DNA from: an uncultured Gammaproteobacteria bacterium
GTDB lineage: Bacteria; Pseudomonadota; Gammaproteobacteria; Arenicellales; CALHMG01
Direction of reading: 5' to 3'
NCBI GenBank assembly: GCA_938034705.1
Contig: CALHMG010000027.1
Location: 41,379-105,378, forward strand
DNA length: 64,000 nt
Shown: positions 61,487 to 64,000 of the stretch, piece after piece
Numbering within the stretch: the first letter of the stretch is position 1
How the letters are laid out: the number at the start of each line of letters is the position of its first letter
Position numbers and translations under genes: made by a program
The notes under the pieces: model-generated
Databases searched by the model: none
Seen by the model: only the letters and a program-made list of their open reading frames with translations
Told to the model about the DNA's origin: nothing

Positions 61487-62314
61487 TTGACTGACCAACT
61501 GCTACTCGACGTGCTCGAGATTTCCCGGCGCGCCGGCAACGAAATTCTCGATGTCTATAACGGCGCCTTCGACGTCGAAACCAAGGGAGATGGCTCACCG
61601 CTGACGATGGCGGACCAGCGGGCGCACAATCTTATCGTCAGGGAACTTGCGGAACTGACGCCGGATATTCCAATTCTTTCTGAAGAGTCCGCCGGCAACG
61701 AACAGATTGATCGCTTCAACTGGCCGAGGTTCTGGCTTGTTGACCCTCTCGACGGGACCAAGGAATTTGTGAAACGCAACGGCGAGTTCACGGTCAACAT
61801 TGCGCTGATCGACAACCGCCTTCCGGTGATGGGTGTTGTTCACGTGCCGGTGACAAACGAAAGCTATGTCGGCGAAGTGGGTAAAGGCGCCAGTTTCTTT
61901 GCCGGTGACGGCAGCAGTCGTGCGATCAACACACTGGCGTACGACGGCGGAACACCGATTGTTGTTGCGAGTCGATCCCACGCCGGCGGTTCTACCGGCA
62001 CCTACCTTGAAAACCTCCAGCGCGATATCGGCGAACCCGATGTCCAGTCCATGGGCAGTTCGCTGAAAATCTGTCTGGTTGCTTCAGGCGACGCCCACGT
62101 GTACCCGAGACTCGGGCCAACGTCGGAGTGGGACACGGCGGCTGCGCATGCTGTTCTCGCCGCGGCGGGTGGCAACATCCTCGCGCCTTCAGGCGACGAG
62201 CTTGCCTATAACAAGGAGTCGGTACTGAACCCCTGGTTTTTTGCAACCGGCGGAGGCGCCCACGACTGGCTCAAATATCTCGACAACATCGAGGTCCCTG
62301 AAAAGAGCGCGTGA
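61487..62314 (+). CDS. cysQ: 3'(2'),5'-bisphosphate nucleotidase
   Basis: SPLT.AD, LSEE, WLVDPLDGTKEF, SRSH, GSSLK, EWDTAA. Confidence 0.95.
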   Translation: MTDQLLLDVLEISRRAGNEILDVYNGAFDVETKGDGSPLTMADQRAHNLIVRELAELTPDIPILSEESAGNEQIDRFNWPRFWLVDPLDGTKEFVKRNGEFTVNIALIDNRLPVMGVVHVPVTNESYVGEVGKGASFFAGDGSSRAINTLAYDGGTPIVVASRSHAGGSTGTYLENLQRDIGEPDVQSMGSSLKICLVASGDAHVYPRLGPTSEWDTAAAHAVLAAAGGNILAPSGDELAYNKESVLNPWFFATGGGAHDWLKYLDNIEVPEKSA

Positions 62315-62413
62315 CGGGGCGATGCGGGCCTCAACGGATCGACTGAGCCGTGTTCAGCTCTTGCCGACTGGATGCGCGGCGTGGTGACTGATCTGCAACT
62401 TTCGGCCAGGTTT

Positions 62414-62704
62414 TTATTTTCTCGATCGAAACTTCTGACCAATTCGGCGGATCCAGTCCCAGCGACTCTTTTTGTACTCGGTCGCTAACCCTTTAAACCA
62501 CCGCTTCATCGCGGCGGTCGCGCGACGCGCCCAGGCATAGTCGACGGACAGAATCGCAAGCCCGAGCGGAATCATCCAGAAGCCAAGTATCGGCAGCGCA
62601 CCAAGTACGCCGCCGACAATCAGCAGAACGCCGACGCTGACGCGAACGCCTTTGTTCGGCATGCGTTTGATGCGTTCTACATAGTTTTGGATTCGGGCTT
62701 TCAT
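62414..62704 (-). CDS. Small membrane protein (PGPGW-like)
   Basis: R..VG.LLI.GG..LPILGFWMIPLGL.IL. Confidence 0.75.
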   Translation of the reverse strand: MKARIQNYVERIKRMPNKGVRVSVGVLLIVGGVLGALPILGFWMIPLGLAILSVDYAWARRATAAMKRWFKGLATEYKKSRWDWIRRIGQKFRSRK

Positions 62705-62736
62705 GTACCATAGGCGCTGCGAGGGGTATCGGTCGT

Positions 62737-63579
62737 ATGCAGCTTCAATTCACAAAAATGCAGTCACTCGGAAACGACTTTGTCGTTCTTGATGCGGTGA
62801 CACAGTCTATCGTTCTCGATGAGACAAGCGCGCAACAAATTGCCGATAGACACAAAGGTATTGGTTGTGACCAGATTCTGGTCGCTGAGCCCGCGACCGA
62901 CCAGACCAGCGACTTTCGATTCCGGATTTATAACGCTGACGGCAGCGAAGTCGGTCAGTGTGGCAATGGCGCCCGGTGTTTTCTGAAGTTTGTTATCGAT
63001 CAGGGTCTCACCGATCGCGACGAGATCACGGTGCAAACGAGCACCGCGACGATGCAGCTGCGCCAGAGCACGGACGGTCGGGTCACCGTGGACATGGGTG
63101 AGCCCGTGTTTGAGCCATCCAGAGTGCCGTTTAAAGCCGACGAACAGGCGCTGGAGTACCCGCTGGAGATTGAATCCGGTACGATTCAGATAGGCGCAGT
63201 TTCCGTCGGTAACCCGCACGCGGTTCAGATTGTCGACGCGTTGTCAGATGATCTGGTGTCGATCCAGGGACCGCAGGTGGAAAACCATAGCCGCTTTCCG
63301 GAGCGCACCAACGCCGGGTTCATGCAGATTGTCAGTCCCGAGCACGTTCTTCTTCGCGTTTTCGAACGTGGCGTTGGCGAAACTCAGGCCTGTGGCAGTG
63401 GAGCATGTGCAGCGGTAGCCGTCGGTCGAAATCAGGGACGTCTGGGCGAGGACGTCACGGTGGAGTTACCCGGTGGCGTGCTGGGGATTCGCTGGCCGGG
63501 TCCCGGGAGTTCGCTATTGATGACCGGCCCTGCCGAAACAGTTTTTCAGGGACACATAAACATTGATCAGAATGATTAG
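62737..63579 (+). CDS. dapF: Diaminopimelate epimerase
   Basis: FTKMQSLGNDF, GIGCDQ, CGNGARC, GNPH, ERGVGETQACGSGA. Confidence 0.97.
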   Translation: MQLQFTKMQSLGNDFVVLDAVTQSIVLDETSAQQIADRHKGIGCDQILVAEPATDQTSDFRFRIYNADGSEVGQCGNGARCFLKFVIDQGLTDRDEITVQTSTATMQLRQSTDGRVTVDMGEPVFEPSRVPFKADEQALEYPLEIESGTIQIGAVSVGNPHAVQIVDALSDDLVSIQGPQVENHSRFPERTNAGFMQIVSPEHVLLRVFERGVGETQACGSGACAAVAVGRNQGRLGEDVTVELPGGVLGIRWPGPGSSLLMTGPAETVFQGHINIDQND

Positions 63580-63596
63580 CAGTGGTTAGCAGCGCT

Positions 63597-64000
63597 ATGA
63601 GCGACGACAACATCACCCGAATCAACCTCGATGAATCGATGATCGTGCAGTGGATTGAGAACAATCCCGATCTGCTTGAGCGCAATCCACAACTGCTCGC
63701 AACGCTTCACGTGTCCGACCAGAATTCCGGCGGCGCCGTGTCCTTGATCGAACGACAGGTTCAGGTACTGCGTCAGCAACTCGACACGATGCAGGAACGG
63801 TTCGATCAGATGGTATCGACCGCTCGCGAGAACGAAGCACTGCAGGAGCGCCTTCACAGCATCTCTCTGGTTGTTGCGCGTGCTGCAAGCTTTGAGGCGG
63901 CACTGTCGACGCTGTCAGAACTTCTGAAAAAAGAATTTGAAATCGAACACGTGTGCATCGAGTTCGCGGCAGATCACGGCGCCGGGAAAGACTCCGCTGA
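63597..64000 (+). CDS. DUF484 (YigA) family protein, truncated by the window end
   Basis: Manual translation MSDDNITRINLDESMIVQWIENNPDLLERNPQLLATLHV..GGAVSLIERQVQVLR; open to the end; follows dapF as in dapF-yigA-xerC. Confidence 0.88.
   Translation, partial: MSDDNITRINLDESMIVQWIENNPDLLERNPQLLATLHVSDQNSGGAVSLIERQVQVLRQQLDTMQERFDQMVSTARENEALQERLHSISLVVARAASFEAALSTLSELLKKEFEIEHVCIEFAADHGAGKDSA

Overview
A 64 kb stretch of core chromosome from a GC-rich gammaproteobacterium, inferred from the gene orders rho-trxA/rhlB, glnE-waaF, groES-fxsA-dsbD-aroQ-accBC-prmA-dusB-fis-purHD, yrfG/nudE-cysQ and dapF-DUF484. It carries nitrogen regulation (ntrBC, glnE), the SAM cycle (metK, ahcY), LPS core genes, chaperone and redox genes, purine and fatty-acid genes, and a few small accessory genes. 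I found no rRNA, tRNA, CRISPR array, prophage, integrase or transposase. Product calls come from recognising motifs by eye, not from database searches. The main leads are: (1) an unannotated ~145-nt rod-shaped 6S-like RNA between fxsA and dsbD, away from the usual zapA-ygfA site; (2) NtrC with GAFAGA in place of the sigma54-binding GAFTGA loop; (3) a WaaG-WaaP fusion; (4) a DUF3291-ArsN2-like acetyltransferase fusion; (5) Fis with an ~80-aa Asn-rich tail; (6) DsbD with two intact N-terminal redox domains; (7) a cold-shock gene leader with CsrB-type CAGGA(U/C)G motifs; (8) a SahR-like operator before metK-ahcY and a perfect CIRCE before groESL.
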